A stretch of 64,000 nucleotides of DNA from Rhizaria sp. SCN 62-66. Taxonomy: Eukaryota. Positions 42,867 through 54,105 of the stretch are shown here, piece by piece (within the stretch, counting starts at the first letter, position 1; every line of letters begins with the position of its first letter). The notes under the pieces are model-generated. The model did no database searches. It was given only the letters and a program-made list of their open reading frames with translations, and was not told where the DNA came from. The DNA lies in contig MEDY01000054.1 of NCBI GenBank assembly GCA_001724265.1, forward strand, positions 124,001-188,000, read 5' to 3'. Both the position numbers and the translations under genes were made by a program.

Positions 42867-45605
42867 ATGAGTGAGCCCCGTGAGGTGCGTTCTCGCCTCC
42901 CTGTGCTGCCCGCGGACCAGATCCCGCTCAGCGATGACGCCATCTTTGACGCCTTTGTGCGAGTCTTTTCCCGCAACCCCGCGCTGGCCGAAGTTCAAGT
43001 CGTTCCCAACGCAGACCCGCCCGCGTTCGGCCTGCCCCTGCTGACCCGCCTCTGTGGCGGCGACGGCGACAGCGACGGCGACGGTGACGCAAGGGCACTG
43101 CTCGCTGCTCTCCAGGCCGCCTGCCCTTCCACAGCCGCCGCCGCCCCCGCCGAGCCTGCTTCTGCCGCTATAACGGACCAGGAGCCCGACGAGCTCGACT
43201 TCGCCGCTCTCTTCGATGCCCCCAGCAAGAGCACTGCCTCAGCCTCGACGGCGACTGCCGCAGCCCCACAGGAGCAGCTGCCGCCGGCGCCGCTGTTCCT
43301 GCACCAGGGCCGCCTCGCGGTGGTGTTCTGGGCCGTTGTGCCGCTGCTGCGCGTCGCGATCCCCTTGCTCCTCCGCGCGCGCGCACTGCGCCGCTCTCTG
43401 ACCCGCATTCAACGCACTCAACACACTGCATCCGCCGCCGCGGCTGCTGTGGATGAGGCGGACGCCTTGACTGACGACGACGTGGCTGCAGTGGGCGCAG
43501 TCGCAGACGCGGCGGGCGCGCTGGGCTCGCTGTGCGCGCTGCTGGGCAGCTCGGACCTGGTGACGGCGTGGCGGGAACGCATGGGACTCGTGGCCCGCGG
43601 CCGCCTCTGCGCCCACGGTCATTCTGCTGCCCACGGTCACTCTATTCTCAGTGAGAGGAGTGAGGGCGCGACTTATGCTAGGCGTGTGGCGGCTGAGAGC
43701 TCGGCGGAGGCTGAGGCTGAGGCTGGGGCTGAGGCTAAGGCTGAAGCTGGGGCTGAGGGCGAAGGCCTGACGTGGCCGCAGCTACAGGCTGCGCTCACTG
43801 CAGCCGAGGCGCTCGCACAGATCCCCACTCAGGCGCTCGCACAGACGCGCTCTCAGACACGCACGCAGACATGCGCATGCACTCGGACCGCTGACTCACA
43901 CGGTGGCAGCACCAGCAACGCGCTCAGCAGCAGCAGCGCGCCGCTGTGTCCCGGTGTGGTGCGCCGGTGCGCGCGCGCGGCGGGCCCCGCGGGCGGCGAG
44001 CTGGCCCTGTGTGACGCCATCGCCGCCTTCGATGTCGCGCAGCTCGACGCGACCGCCGCCTCCGTCGCCGCCTCCGTCGCCGCATTCGCGGGAGCCGTCT
44101 CTCCAGACAGCAAGTACACCGCGAGTCCCGCTGCGAGCGCTGCTGCTGGCGCTGCGGCCGACTCCGCGGTGACCGCTGCGGCCGCGGCGGGCGGCAGCCG
44201 AAGCAAATGCGCAGAGCTCTGGAGCTACCGACGCTGGCTGCTCGAGACCGCGGCTGCGCCGGTGAGCAGTGGTAGCCGTGGCGGTCAGTGGCCGCGGACG
44301 ACGCTGGGTGACCCGCCCCGACCCTGCGTGTGGGCGCGCTCCAGCCCCAGCGGCAGCGGCAGCGGCAGTGCGAGTGCGCCTAAGACGCAGCCGCAGCCGC
44401 AGTGTTGGGCGCGTGAGTGGGCGCGCGCGGCCGCGGGCGCGTGCGCGCACGCAGGCAACTACTACGCCTGGCTGCACGCCACGCGCGCTCTCGACTCAGT
44501 CACGTCGCGCGCTCTCGACTCCACGGCCGCCGCCGCAGCAGTCGACCCCAGTGAGGCTGCTACCGTGACGGCCGCTGCGGCCGCGGCGGCGGCGCTGGCG
44601 GCGGCGCGTCCGGGGGACCACGCAGCATCGCACGCGGCGGCGCGGGCCGCGGCCAGCGCGGGGCCCGGCGCGCTGGCAGCGCTGTTTGGCTACACGCAGC
44701 GCGCCCTCACAGTCGCCCCCACAGGCTCTGAGCCAACGGCCACGGTCGCAGTCTCGGGTGACTCCCCGGCGGTCACGGGCGGCGATGCGTCTCCGGTCAG
44801 TCTGCCAGTGCCAGTGGCCGCTGCTGGGGAGGGCGGCGAGAGCGCGTGGATGCTGCGCCGCATGCTGCTGCAACAGTACGCAGCGCACGCTGCCATTGCC
44901 GCCAGCGCCCCCCGGATCTCCAGAGGCTCCACTGACAACGCTGACTCTGGCACTAACTCCGCCCCAGGCTGTTGCGACGACGTGGGTGCGGCGCTCTCTG
45001 CCGCGGCCGCTGTCATCGGGGCTGACGGCCGCGACAGCGGCCGCTGCGACGCCAGCGGCTGCTGCGACGCCAGCGACACCGACGCCGACACTGAGGCTGA
45101 CGCGGACACGGAGGCTGACGATCATCGCAGTGACGCTGCGCCGGCATCACAGTCCAAGGGCCTGCAGTCTAAGGGCCTGTGCACGGCGACTGCGCCGCAG
45201 GGCTCGTCGCTGGGCGCACTGCTGCGGCGCCTGCCTCGGGGCAGCGCAGCGCGCGCCCGCGCCCGGGCCTTCCGCAGTGCGCACAGTCACTCTGCTCACG
45301 GTCACTTGCAGTCGCAGTCTGCGGTCGGCTCATTGGCTGTGGCAGAGGCCCTGTGGCTGCGGCGTCAGTGGCGCCGGCTGCGCGAACAAGAGAAACAACA
45401 ACAGCAGCAGCAGCAAAGTGACAGCATCGCAAGAAGCAGCAGCAGCAAGAGTAAGGGCAAAAACAACGGCAAGGACGAGAAGCCTTTCTCTCGCGTGGGC
45501 GCGGCGGCGCTCATGCAGCGGCACTGGGTCTGGCTCTGGCTCACTTTCACCGCCCCGGCGTCGCCGGCAACGGCGACGGGGACCGCGACTACGACTGCAC
45601 AGTGA
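42867..45605 (+). CDS. PTAR1: PTAR1-like protein prenyltransferase alpha subunit (GGTase-III alpha), 912 aa, expanded by insertions
   Basis: Colinear PTAR1-like blocks: VFSRNPALAEVQVVP, PLFLHQGRLAVVFWAV, LLGSSDLVTAWRER, SKCAELWSYRRWLL, GNYYAWLH, PGDHAASH, GESAWMLRR. Ends in TGA. Confidence 0.8.
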   Translation: MSEPREVRSRLPVLPADQIPLSDDAIFDAFVRVFSRNPALAEVQVVPNADPPAFGLPLLTRLCGGDGDSDGDGDARALLAALQAACPSTAAAAPAEPASAAITDQEPDELDFAALFDAPSKSTASASTATAAAPQEQLPPAPLFLHQGRLAVVFWAVVPLLRVAIPLLLRARALRRSLTRIQRTQHTASAAAAAVDEADALTDDDVAAVGAVADAAGALGSLCALLGSSDLVTAWRERMGLVARGRLCAHGHSAAHGHSILSERSEGATYARRVAAESSAEAEAEAGAEAKAEAGAEGEGLTWPQLQAALTAAEALAQIPTQALAQTRSQTRTQTCACTRTADSHGGSTSNALSSSSAPLCPGVVRRCARAAGPAGGELALCDAIAAFDVAQLDATAASVAASVAAFAGAVSPDSKYTASPAASAAAGAAADSAVTAAAAAGGSRSKCAELWSYRRWLLETAAAPVSSGSRGGQWPRTTLGDPPRPCVWARSSPSGSGSGSASAPKTQPQPQCWAREWARAAAGACAHAGNYYAWLHATRALDSVTSRALDSTAAAAAVDPSEAATVTAAAAAAAALAAARPGDHAASHAAARAAASAGPGALAALFGYTQRALTVAPTGSEPTATVAVSGDSPAVTGGDASPVSLPVPVAAAGEGGESAWMLRRMLLQQYAAHAAIAASAPRISRGSTDNADSGTNSAPGCCDDVGAALSAAAAVIGADGRDSGRCDASGCCDASDTDADTEADADTEADDHRSDAAPASQSKGLQSKGLCTATAPQGSSLGALLRRLPRGSAARARARAFRSAHSHSAHGHLQSQSAVGSLAVAEALWLRRQWRRLREQEKQQQQQQQSDSIARSSSSKSKGKNNGKDEKPFSRVGAAALMQRHWVWLWLTFTAPASPATATGTATTTAQ

Positions 45606-45859
45606 GCGATGCGACACGCAAACTGTGAGCACAAACATTTAAAAAAAAAATCTACAGCATATCGATACATAGAAATCAACTTTACATAATTGAAATAAAC
45701 AATTTCTGTATTTATATTCACAAATTATACATCATTACACGATTGAATTGATTCACTATTTAACTTCGGCCTGAAGTTGCCGTCCTTGCTTAACAATACT
45801 CATTCTGGCATTCTCATACGGCCACTTAACGAAACTAGCACGTCCTCTTCAAGCTGTGC

Positions 45860-48111
45860 TCAGTCTGCGGCGTTGGCGTGCTCGGCGAGACTGGCCGTGA
45901 GCGCGCGCGCGTCCCTGCCGCCGCACGTCGTGATGAGGGGCTTGCCGGGACACTGCGTGAGCGCAACCGCGCGTCCCCCCGCGGCCCCAGCGGGCCCCGT
46001 GGCGTGCAGCCCGGGCAGCCCGCCCGCAACGCGGCCGCCCGAGATCACGCTCAGCGCCACCACGCCGCCGCCGCCCACGGCCGCGGAGGCCGCCGCAGAG
46101 CCAAACCCAGAGGCGGCGGAGGCGGCGGCAGAGTGGGCGGGCAGCGGGAGGCCCGCGCCGAAGGGGCAGGGGTCGGCGACCAGCACGTGGTCGGCGTCGT
46201 GCGCAAACACGGCCGCGCCCAGCAGCGGGAAGTGCCCGCCGCAGTCCTCGGCGGCCGCGCGGGCTGCGGCAGCGCGCGCCTCGGGCGTAGGCGCGAGGTC
46301 GGTCCGGAAGACGGGCGCCATGGACCGGATGTCGACCAGCTGCACAGAGCAGTCGGCGCCCGCTGAGAGCAGGTAGTGGCCCGAGGGCGAGAAAGCCACG
46401 GAGCCCGCGCCGCCCGGGTGCGCGTCGGGGAAGGAGAAGACGGGCGCGCCCGAGGACGTGTCCCACAGTCGCACGGAGCTACAAGGGAAAAACAAGACAA
46501 GTCAATGTGATAATGAGAGTTGGTTCAGATAAATGTTGATATTAGAACTTCCGCATTAACAACCAAATAAAAGAAGTGCAGATTGAAAAAACAACAAACA
46601 TAAAAATCTAACATAATCTAGTTAACTACACAACTCATCGCATCAACTTCGATCTCTGAACCGCTCGCGCTCGTCCATTGCTTACTTGCTTGCTATGACA
46701 GACATATCAACAGAGAGACATCAAGAGACGTACCCGTCGGCGCTGGCGGTGGCGAAGAGGTCCCCGCGCGGCGCGTAGGCCAGCGCCGTGACTGGCCGCG
46801 AATGCAACCCCAGCGCGCGCAAGTCCACGTCCGCCGCGGACGAAAAAAGAGTGCTCGCGTTGAACGCGCCGGCGCCAGACCGCGAGCTCGAGCCCGAGGA
46901 GGCGTTGGGCAGCAGAGAAGTGGTGACGCCGGCGGCCTCAAGCGCGGCGCGGCGCGCGGCGCGGGGCCCGCCGAGCATGACGTGCGGCGTGAGCGTGGTT
47001 GCGTCGTATAGCCGCAGCAGCGGGTGGTGCGCCGCCGCGAGCAGCCAGTCACCGGCCGGGTGCGCCGTCGCCGTGATAAGCGCGTGCGAGTCGCGCGCCG
47101 AGCCCACCAGCGCCGCCGCCGCCGCGGAGGACGCGGACGCCGCGGCGGACACGGAGGAGGGCTTCTGGTGCGAGAAGACGCGGAGCCAGCCGTCGGCGGC
47201 GGTGGTGAGCAGCAGCGGCTCCACCGGGTGGAACGCGAGCGAGGTCAGCGGGTAGCTCATGCCGTCCAGCCGGTGCCCGAGCCCCACGCCCAGCAGCGCG
47301 GGCTCGCCGCCGGGACCCGCGCGGCGGGCGGAGGAGGAGCCGGCAGAGCCAGGGCCAAAGCCAGAGCCAGAAGATGTGTTCGAGAAAGACGTCGAGTCAG
47401 GGGGGTGGTTGCGGATGCGGTCGGCGTTGGCAAGCATCACAGCGCCCGAAGCGGAGCCCACGGCCAGCATGTGGCCGTCGGGGCTGTACGACACCGCCAC
47501 GAGCGGGTCTGGGTCGGTTACAGAGCGAGCAATGGGGCAGAGTCGAGACGAGAATAAAGAAAGTTGTGATATGTGAGCGCAAGATTCGATACAGGGAGAA
47601 TATACGCATAATAGTATAGCATATTGTAAACAAACCTACGACATACAATAAAAACAGTTGTTCAGAGGCAATATGTGATCTCAACACCGAGGGAATAACA
47701 CTTCGTTGTCCGTTGAGACGTACCGGGGTTGTTCTTTTGCGTGAGCACCGAGTAGAGCGTGTAGGCGGGGAAGGGATGCACCGAAGTCAGTGCGGAGTAC
47801 TCGTCCGCGCTGTCGCGCATCGCGGTGCCGCCCGCGCCCGCGCGCGCGCCGGAGCGCGCGAAGAGCGCCTCCGCGGCGGGGCCGAAGCGGGCCGCGGCGT
47901 CCAGCGCGGCGCCCAGCGCCAGCGCGGCCTCGTCGGCGCACACAGAGGCGGAAGTTACCGGCAGCGCGCCGGGGGAGAGGGAGTCGGCGCCCAGCTTGGC
48001 CACAAGCTCGGCCTCGAACGATGACGCGGTCGCGGCGAAGCCGTCGGCGCGGAGCCGAGCGAGCAGGGACGCGTAGTCCGTGCCGCTGGAGCCCGCAGCA
48101 GTCTGCGACAT
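45860..48111 (-). CDS. CSTF1: Cleavage stimulation factor 50 kDa subunit (WD40), 3 exons, 593 aa
   Basis: Exons 48111-47724, 47508-46734 and 46478-45860; both introns start GTACGTCTC and keep the frame. N-terminal dimerisation-like helix YASLLARLRADGF. WD blocks: SYSPDGHMLAVGS, LAFHPVEPLL, HPAGDWLLAAAHHPLLRLYD, DGSVRLWD..AHPG, AVFAHDADHVL. Ends in TGA. Confidence 0.88.
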
Positions 48112-48252
48112 GCGACCTGGGGAAGTGATTGTAGAGAGTTTAATTAAGTGAATAAAGAGAATGGTAAGTGATACATTCATAGTTCAAAATGTAATGTCTA
48201 ACCATGATGTCGGCTGTTCGCTTGAGGCTGGTGATGTCAGCCTCTTCGTGCG

Positions 48253-48265
48253 ACCACAAAAAAAA
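48253..48265 (-). promoter_or_regulatory. Recurrent upstream element TTTTTTTTGTGGT (copy upstream of CSTF1)
   Basis: Identical 13-mer about 140 nt upstream of the CSTF1 ATG, in the CSTF1/TMEM43 divergent spacer. Confidence 0.5.
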
Positions 48266-48358
48266 CGTGGCGCTTGCTGGCGTGGATGAGCACACTTCTG
48301 AACCAGTCAATATCTCTGTGAAGAGTCCGTCTGATTGATTTCTGTTCCAAATCAGGAA

Positions 48359-50366
48359 ATGCAATCAATCAATCGGATTAAATCCAGTTTGTGCGAGTCA
48401 CTCGTTGGCTTCCTTCTCATCTTTGTGGTGATCTTTGGACTCAGCTACAACGAGAACCGCTCCGTCAGTACGTCCCTTCTTTTATGTCTCTGTCAAGCTC
48501 GCTTTATACACTGATCTGGCTAATAACTTTCTGTAAACAGTGCCTTGCTATGTTTTCTAGCGCCTTATTTGCCTGTTTTTTCTTGAAACATTGCTACTTT
48601 TCGCACTCGGCGCGCTCGCGCCGCAGATACTGCCCAGTTCCTGGCCGACACCGAGGCCAGCACCGTGACCATCCCGGCGGCCGCGCTCAACGACCCCGCC
48701 GCGCTCGCGCCTTACATCGGCAAGAACATCCATGTCATGGTACGCTCTTGAGCCATTATTATCTTTCTTGCACTCTCAATCTGTTCGCTCTTGCAGCCTC
48801 CGTTTCCCGCACTCCTTTCTCTACTACTCCCTTCACTTCACACGCTCCCCGCCATCTTCACCGTCCGCCTTCACGCCGCGCCCGCACGCAGATCGAAGTG
48901 CAGGGCGCGCCGCTGCGCGACCCCGTGTTCGGCGTGCAGCACCCCAACGCACTGCGGCTGCGGCGCGGCGTGGAGATGCTGCAGTGGGTCGAGCGCGAGC
49001 GCGCACTCTCGGACGAGGAGAAGAAGGACCGCGTCGAGGGACGCGGGAGCTACGGCGCGCTCGTGCAGGACGGCAAGCAGTACTCGTACGTGCAGGAGTG
49101 GGTCTCGGAGCCCGTCGCGAGCGGCCGCTTCATGTTTCCTCACATGGCCTCGCCGCCCAACCCGCCGCAAATGCCCTTCTCGGCCTTCTCTGACGTCCCG
49201 CCGGAGGCCGCCAAGCCCGATGACGTGCCCAGCGGCGCCAGGGCCAGCGACGTGCTAGCCGTATCGTCCGAGATTGGGCGCGCGGTCGCCACGGAGCGCC
49301 CGCTCCCAGTCACCTCCAGTACGTCAAACGATGCATTTGATTTGAAACAAACAACTTGTTCTGCTGCGATTTATTAATCGGCAGCACCATCATCCAAAAT
49401 TGTATAATACGCGTTATGTTTATCTCAAAACTCTTTCTTTTGATGTCATTATTGACAAATTAGACTGTTTTCGTCTGTCCCCGTCTGCTGAAGCCTTCTC
49501 CGGTTCGCCCTGGGTCACTCATGCGTCACTCGTCCCACCTCTCACAGTACTCTCACCACCCCCTCTGTGTCCTTTTTGTTTTCGCCGCAGTCCACGATGT
49601 GACGCTGCCGCCGCTGCCGAGCATCCACCACACCTTCGCGTTGACTGGCCACAACGGCGGCGCGCTGCTGCTGCGCGCGCCCTCCTCGTACGCGGCCTAC
49701 GCCGAGGCGCCGCCGCACGTCGGCGACGTGCGCGTGTGGTTCTCCGCGGCCCCCGGCGGCGCCACGGCCACCGTGCTGGGCTCCCTCGCGCGCCGCGCCG
49801 GCGGCGTGCTCACGCTCACCGGCCACGACGGCTCGGCGGAGCGCTGGGGCGAGCCGTTCCTGCACGTCGAGCTGGGCTCCGCGCCAGTGTCGGCCGCGTT
49901 CCGCTCGCTGCACAGCTCCAACTGGTGGAAGACGTGGGCGCTGCGCGTGGGCGGCTGGCTGGCGCTGCTGGTGGCTTTCTCGCTGCTCTTCTCGCCGCTA
50001 CACGCCGTGGCCGAGGCGCTCCCACTGGTCGGACCGCTGCTGTCAGCGCTGCTGGGGCTGGGCACGGGCGTGGTCAGCTTCGCGCTCGCCACGGGCGTCG
50101 CCGCCGTCACCATCGCGGTCGCCTGGTTCGCCGTGCGCCCCGCGCTCGCGCTTGCGCTGCTGGCCGTCGCCGCCGCGGCCTTCTTCGTCCCCGCCTGCTT
50201 CGCCAAGAGCAGTAGCGCGCGCGCCGCAGCCACTGCTGGCGCCGCCACTGCCGCCGCCGGGGCTGCCGCGGCGGGCTCTGATGTCGGGCAGGAGCAGGGG
50301 CAGCCGCTGCTTGCGCGCGGGCCCTCTGCCGCAGCCTCGGCCTCGGCGGGCAACAAGCGTGACTGA
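48359..50366 (+). CDS. TMEM43: TMEM43/LUMA family membrane protein, 4 exons, about 474 aa
   Basis: Exons 48359-48467, 48627-48739, 48892-49318 and 49591-50366. Motifs: N-terminal TM followed by NENRSV, LRDPVFGV, LRRGVEMLQWVE, PHVGDVRVWF, NWWKTWALRVGGW, IAVAWFAVRP. Ends in TGA. Confidence 0.92.
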
Positions 50367-50575
50367 GATCAAAGATGATCTCAGTGTCGATGTGACAAAA
50401 TCTATGCTTTCAAAACAAATTGTGCGAAGTGTATATAAGTGTATTTTGTGAATGAATTAATGTATTGAAATGAACAAGGCAGTGATAATAAATAGTTCTT
50501 TCAATAGCATATATACATATATAGAATTAAACATTGATGAAAAACAAATATAACAAACAAACGTTTTCCTTGCTC

Positions 50576-53500
50576 TTACGCTGACTCACTCGTCTTCCCC
50601 GCAGTAGCTACAGCCCTGACACCCTGAGCAGCCGCAGCCGGAGCAGGAGCAGAAGCAGACGTGGGCGCAGGCGCGGGCGCAGCAGCGGCAGCGGAGGGGG
50701 CAGCAGCAGCAGCAGCGGCGGCTGCGGGGGCGGGGGCCGCAGCGGCAGCGGCGGGCTAGCCGCTGCCCGCCTGTGCGTGCGCGTGTGCGTGCGCGTGCAG
50801 GTGCGCCAGCGAGCAGCGCGCGCAGACCCACACGCAGCGGCCGGCCGCGCGCGAGCACTCCACGCAGCACGCAAAGACGGCGCCGCGCAGCGCGGCCTGC
50901 GCCTCCTCCAGCTGCTGCCGCAGCCTGCGCTCGGTCGCGCTCGCGACGACGGCGCCAGCGGCAACGGCAGCGCTAGTCGCCGTCGCAGCCCCAGTCGCAG
51001 CGTCAGCAGCAGCGTCAGCAGCAGCAGCGGTGGCATCGGCGTCAGTGCCCAAGGGCCGCACCGCGTCGCAGCGACAGCCCTCGCAGACGGCGGCGCGCAC
51101 GGCCGCGGGGAAAGCCGCGGCACGCAGCGCGTCTTCGCAGGCGGCCAGCTCCGCGGCGGCCAGCGCGGCGTCCTCGGTCGCGACCGCCAGCGCGTCCCGC
51201 AGCGCATCGCACCGCGCGCCGTCGCCGCCACCGCTCTTGGCGCTCTCCAGGGCGCGGAGCTCGGCCGAGAGGGAGGCGGCGCCAGCGCGGTAGTCGTCGC
51301 AGAGCTTGCGCAGCGCGCGCGCGTGCCAGCGCTGCGCTGCCTCGGCCGGCGACCACACCAGCGCCCCGGGCACCAGCGTCGGCGTCCCAGTCGCAGTGGC
51401 GCCCGCGCCCGCGTCGCCGGAGCCGTAGCCAGAGTTGGGGAAGAGGGGCCGGCCGCGGTGGTCCAGCAGCAGCGGCCGCAGCGCCGCCGACAACGACGAC
51501 GACGAGGCAGAAGCAGCAGCAGCAGCAGCAGTATCGGGCAGCGGAAACGGGGGTGGGGCTGGAAAGGCCGCGGCGGGCGCGGCATCGATCTCGACCAGTG
51601 CGGTGAGGAGCGCCTTGGCCAGCCGCTTGGCGAAGTCCTTTACGTTGGCGGCGCCGCCGGCTTCTGTGTAGTTGACGAAGGCGTTGCTCTGGAGCGCGCC
51701 GACCAGGTCGAGCAGCGCGCGGGCCTGCGCGGCACGCGCGGGGCCCAGCGCGGCCTCGTCGGCGGCGGCCAGCGCGCGCGGGGCGCGCGTGCTCCTCAGC
51801 GTGTGCAGCTCTGCGAAGAGCATCTCGACCACGGGCAGTACGGGCGCCGCCGCCGCCGCGGCCTTGGCGCGCGGGGCGGCGCGCTCGACGCGCGCGGCGC
51901 GGTCGCACTCGGCGTCGTCGCCGGCCGAGACGAGCGTGAGGCGCATGCGGCTGGGGCCGGCGTGGTGGCAGACTGCGAGCAGCGGCGCGCCGTCGAGCCC
52001 CAGCGCGGCGACGCGCGCGGGCGACGCACCCAGCTGCTGCCACAGCGCCGCGGGCAGCTCCGCGCGCATGGAGCGCCAGCGGCCCTCGAGGATCGCGGGG
52101 CCGAACTCGGTGAGCCAGGCCGCGGGCGCGAGTGCCTGGCGCGGGTTGACCGTGCCCGCGGTAACGATGCCCATGGCCAGCAGCGCGGCCGCCAGCGGGA
52201 CGGAGCTGAGGCGCGACGACAGCATCACCGCGCAGCCCGTGAAGGCGAGCCCCGCGGCCGCGAGCGTCTCGACCAGCGCGCGCTCCAGCCGCCCCGAGCC
52301 CAGCGCGGCGCGCGCGCGCAGCGAGGCGGGGCCAGGCGGCGGCAGCGGCTGCGGCGCCAGCGCCAGGATGCGCGACGACGCCGAGCACAGCAAGTACACG
52401 TGGCTCGCGGGCTCCCACTCCTTAGCCTGCTGCTCCGTCGCGGCCGCAAGCGCGGCGGCGGCGGCCGCGGCCTCTTCGCGGGTGCCCGAGCGCGCGGCGG
52501 CGGCGGCCGCGGAGACCTGCGCGAACGCGGCGGCTGAGGCGGCTGAGGGCGCGCCCGCGGCATAGCCCATCACGAACTGGTTGCCGGTCGCGTAGCGGCG
52601 ACGCGAGTGCGCCACCAGCGCGTCGAGCGGCCCGCGCAGCCAGCGCCACGCAGGGTCCACGGGCTCGGGCGAGACCGACGCCGCGCCCAGCGCCAGCGCG
52701 CGCTCCTCCGCAGCTGCCGCAGCAGTAGCCGCCGCCGCAGCAGCAGCAGCAGCAGCGCCCTTGCCCGCGCATGTGCCCTTACCTGTGCCAGCGGCTGTGC
52801 CTGCAGCAGGAGCGGCGGCGGCGTCGGGGAGCGCGGCGGCGGCGGCGGACGCGGAAGAAGAGAAGCTGAGGCGCTGCAGCAGCGCGAGCCAGGGCCGCTG
52901 CACCTGCAAAGCCGCCTGGTCCTGCTCCTGCTCCTGCTCCGGCACTGGCGTCTTGGCCTTGGCCTTGGCCTTGGCGTCAGCCTTCGGGTCAGAGTCAGCC
53001 TGCGTTTGCGCAACCTGCGTCTGAGCCTGCTGCGTCTGCGTCTGCGTCTCTGCCGCGGGTGGGTCCCTGTCGAGGCGCTGAACGGGCTCGCCGTGCTCCG
53101 TGGCGCGCACGGTGACGAGCGCGCCCAGCAGCCGCAGCACGAGCGCGGACGTCGCCTCGGGCGTGTGCGCGACGGCCCCGGCCAGCAGCGCCGGCGGCAG
53201 CGCGCGCATGAAGGCGTTCAGCACCAGCTTGTCGCACTCGCCGCCGCCGCTGCCGCTGCCGCTGCCGCTACTGCCGCTGCTGCCGCTGCTGCCGCTGCTG
53301 CCGCTGCTGCTGCCCTCAGCGGCTGCGCCAGCAGGACTCGCAGCACCAGCAGTGGAGCTAGCGCGGGCGCCGGCGGTACCGGGGCAGCCGGAGCGTCCGC
53401 AGCCGCAAGCGAGCCCGCGGTAAAGCGCGGCGGGATCCAGCGGTGGCGCGCGGCTGCGGCGACGCAGCTCGGGGTCGGCGGCGCTGGCGCGCTGGCGCAG

Positions 53501-54057
53501 GCGCTGCACGGCGGCGGGCCGCTCGACGCCGCCGTCCTGCAGGCGCCACTCGAGTGCGACCTCGACTGGCGGCCCCGCGGCGCCGGGCGCGCGCCGCAGC
53601 GCCGACACGGCCGCAGTGATGTGCGGGACGGGCGCCTGCAGCGATCCCACGCCCGTGGCGGGACCCGGCACCACGCCCGCGGCCGGCGCCGTCATCAGCG
53701 CGCGCTGCGCCGCGGCCGCAACGGGCACCAGCTGCTCGGGAACGCACGGCAACAGCGGCAGCGGCGAGACCGGGTCGCCGAGCGCGGATGTGGCGGAGGC
53801 GGTGGCGGCAGTAGGAGCAGCAGCGGCAGCAGGAGCAGTGGCTGCGCCAGCGACAGTGGTGGCAACAGCGGCGGCTGGGAGGGCCACGGAGGCGCCGGCG
53901 TCGGCGCGGCCGTCGGTGCGAGTCTTGCTGCGCTTGTCAGCCTTGTCCTTGGCAGAAATAGCCTCGTCATCGTCAGAGGAGTCGGCGTCGCGCTTGCCGT
54001 CACTCTTCTTGTCCTTCTTGTCCTTTTTGTCCTTCTTGTCCTTCTTATCGGCTTTGA

Positions 54058-54105
<48 letters not shown>

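Noticed and set aside
50586-50870. Metallothionein-like Cys-rich 94-aa ORF
   Set aside because: The Cys runs arise from reading GCT/GCC Ala repeats out of frame. It has no ATG start, and joining it to the upstream gene would need a frameshift.
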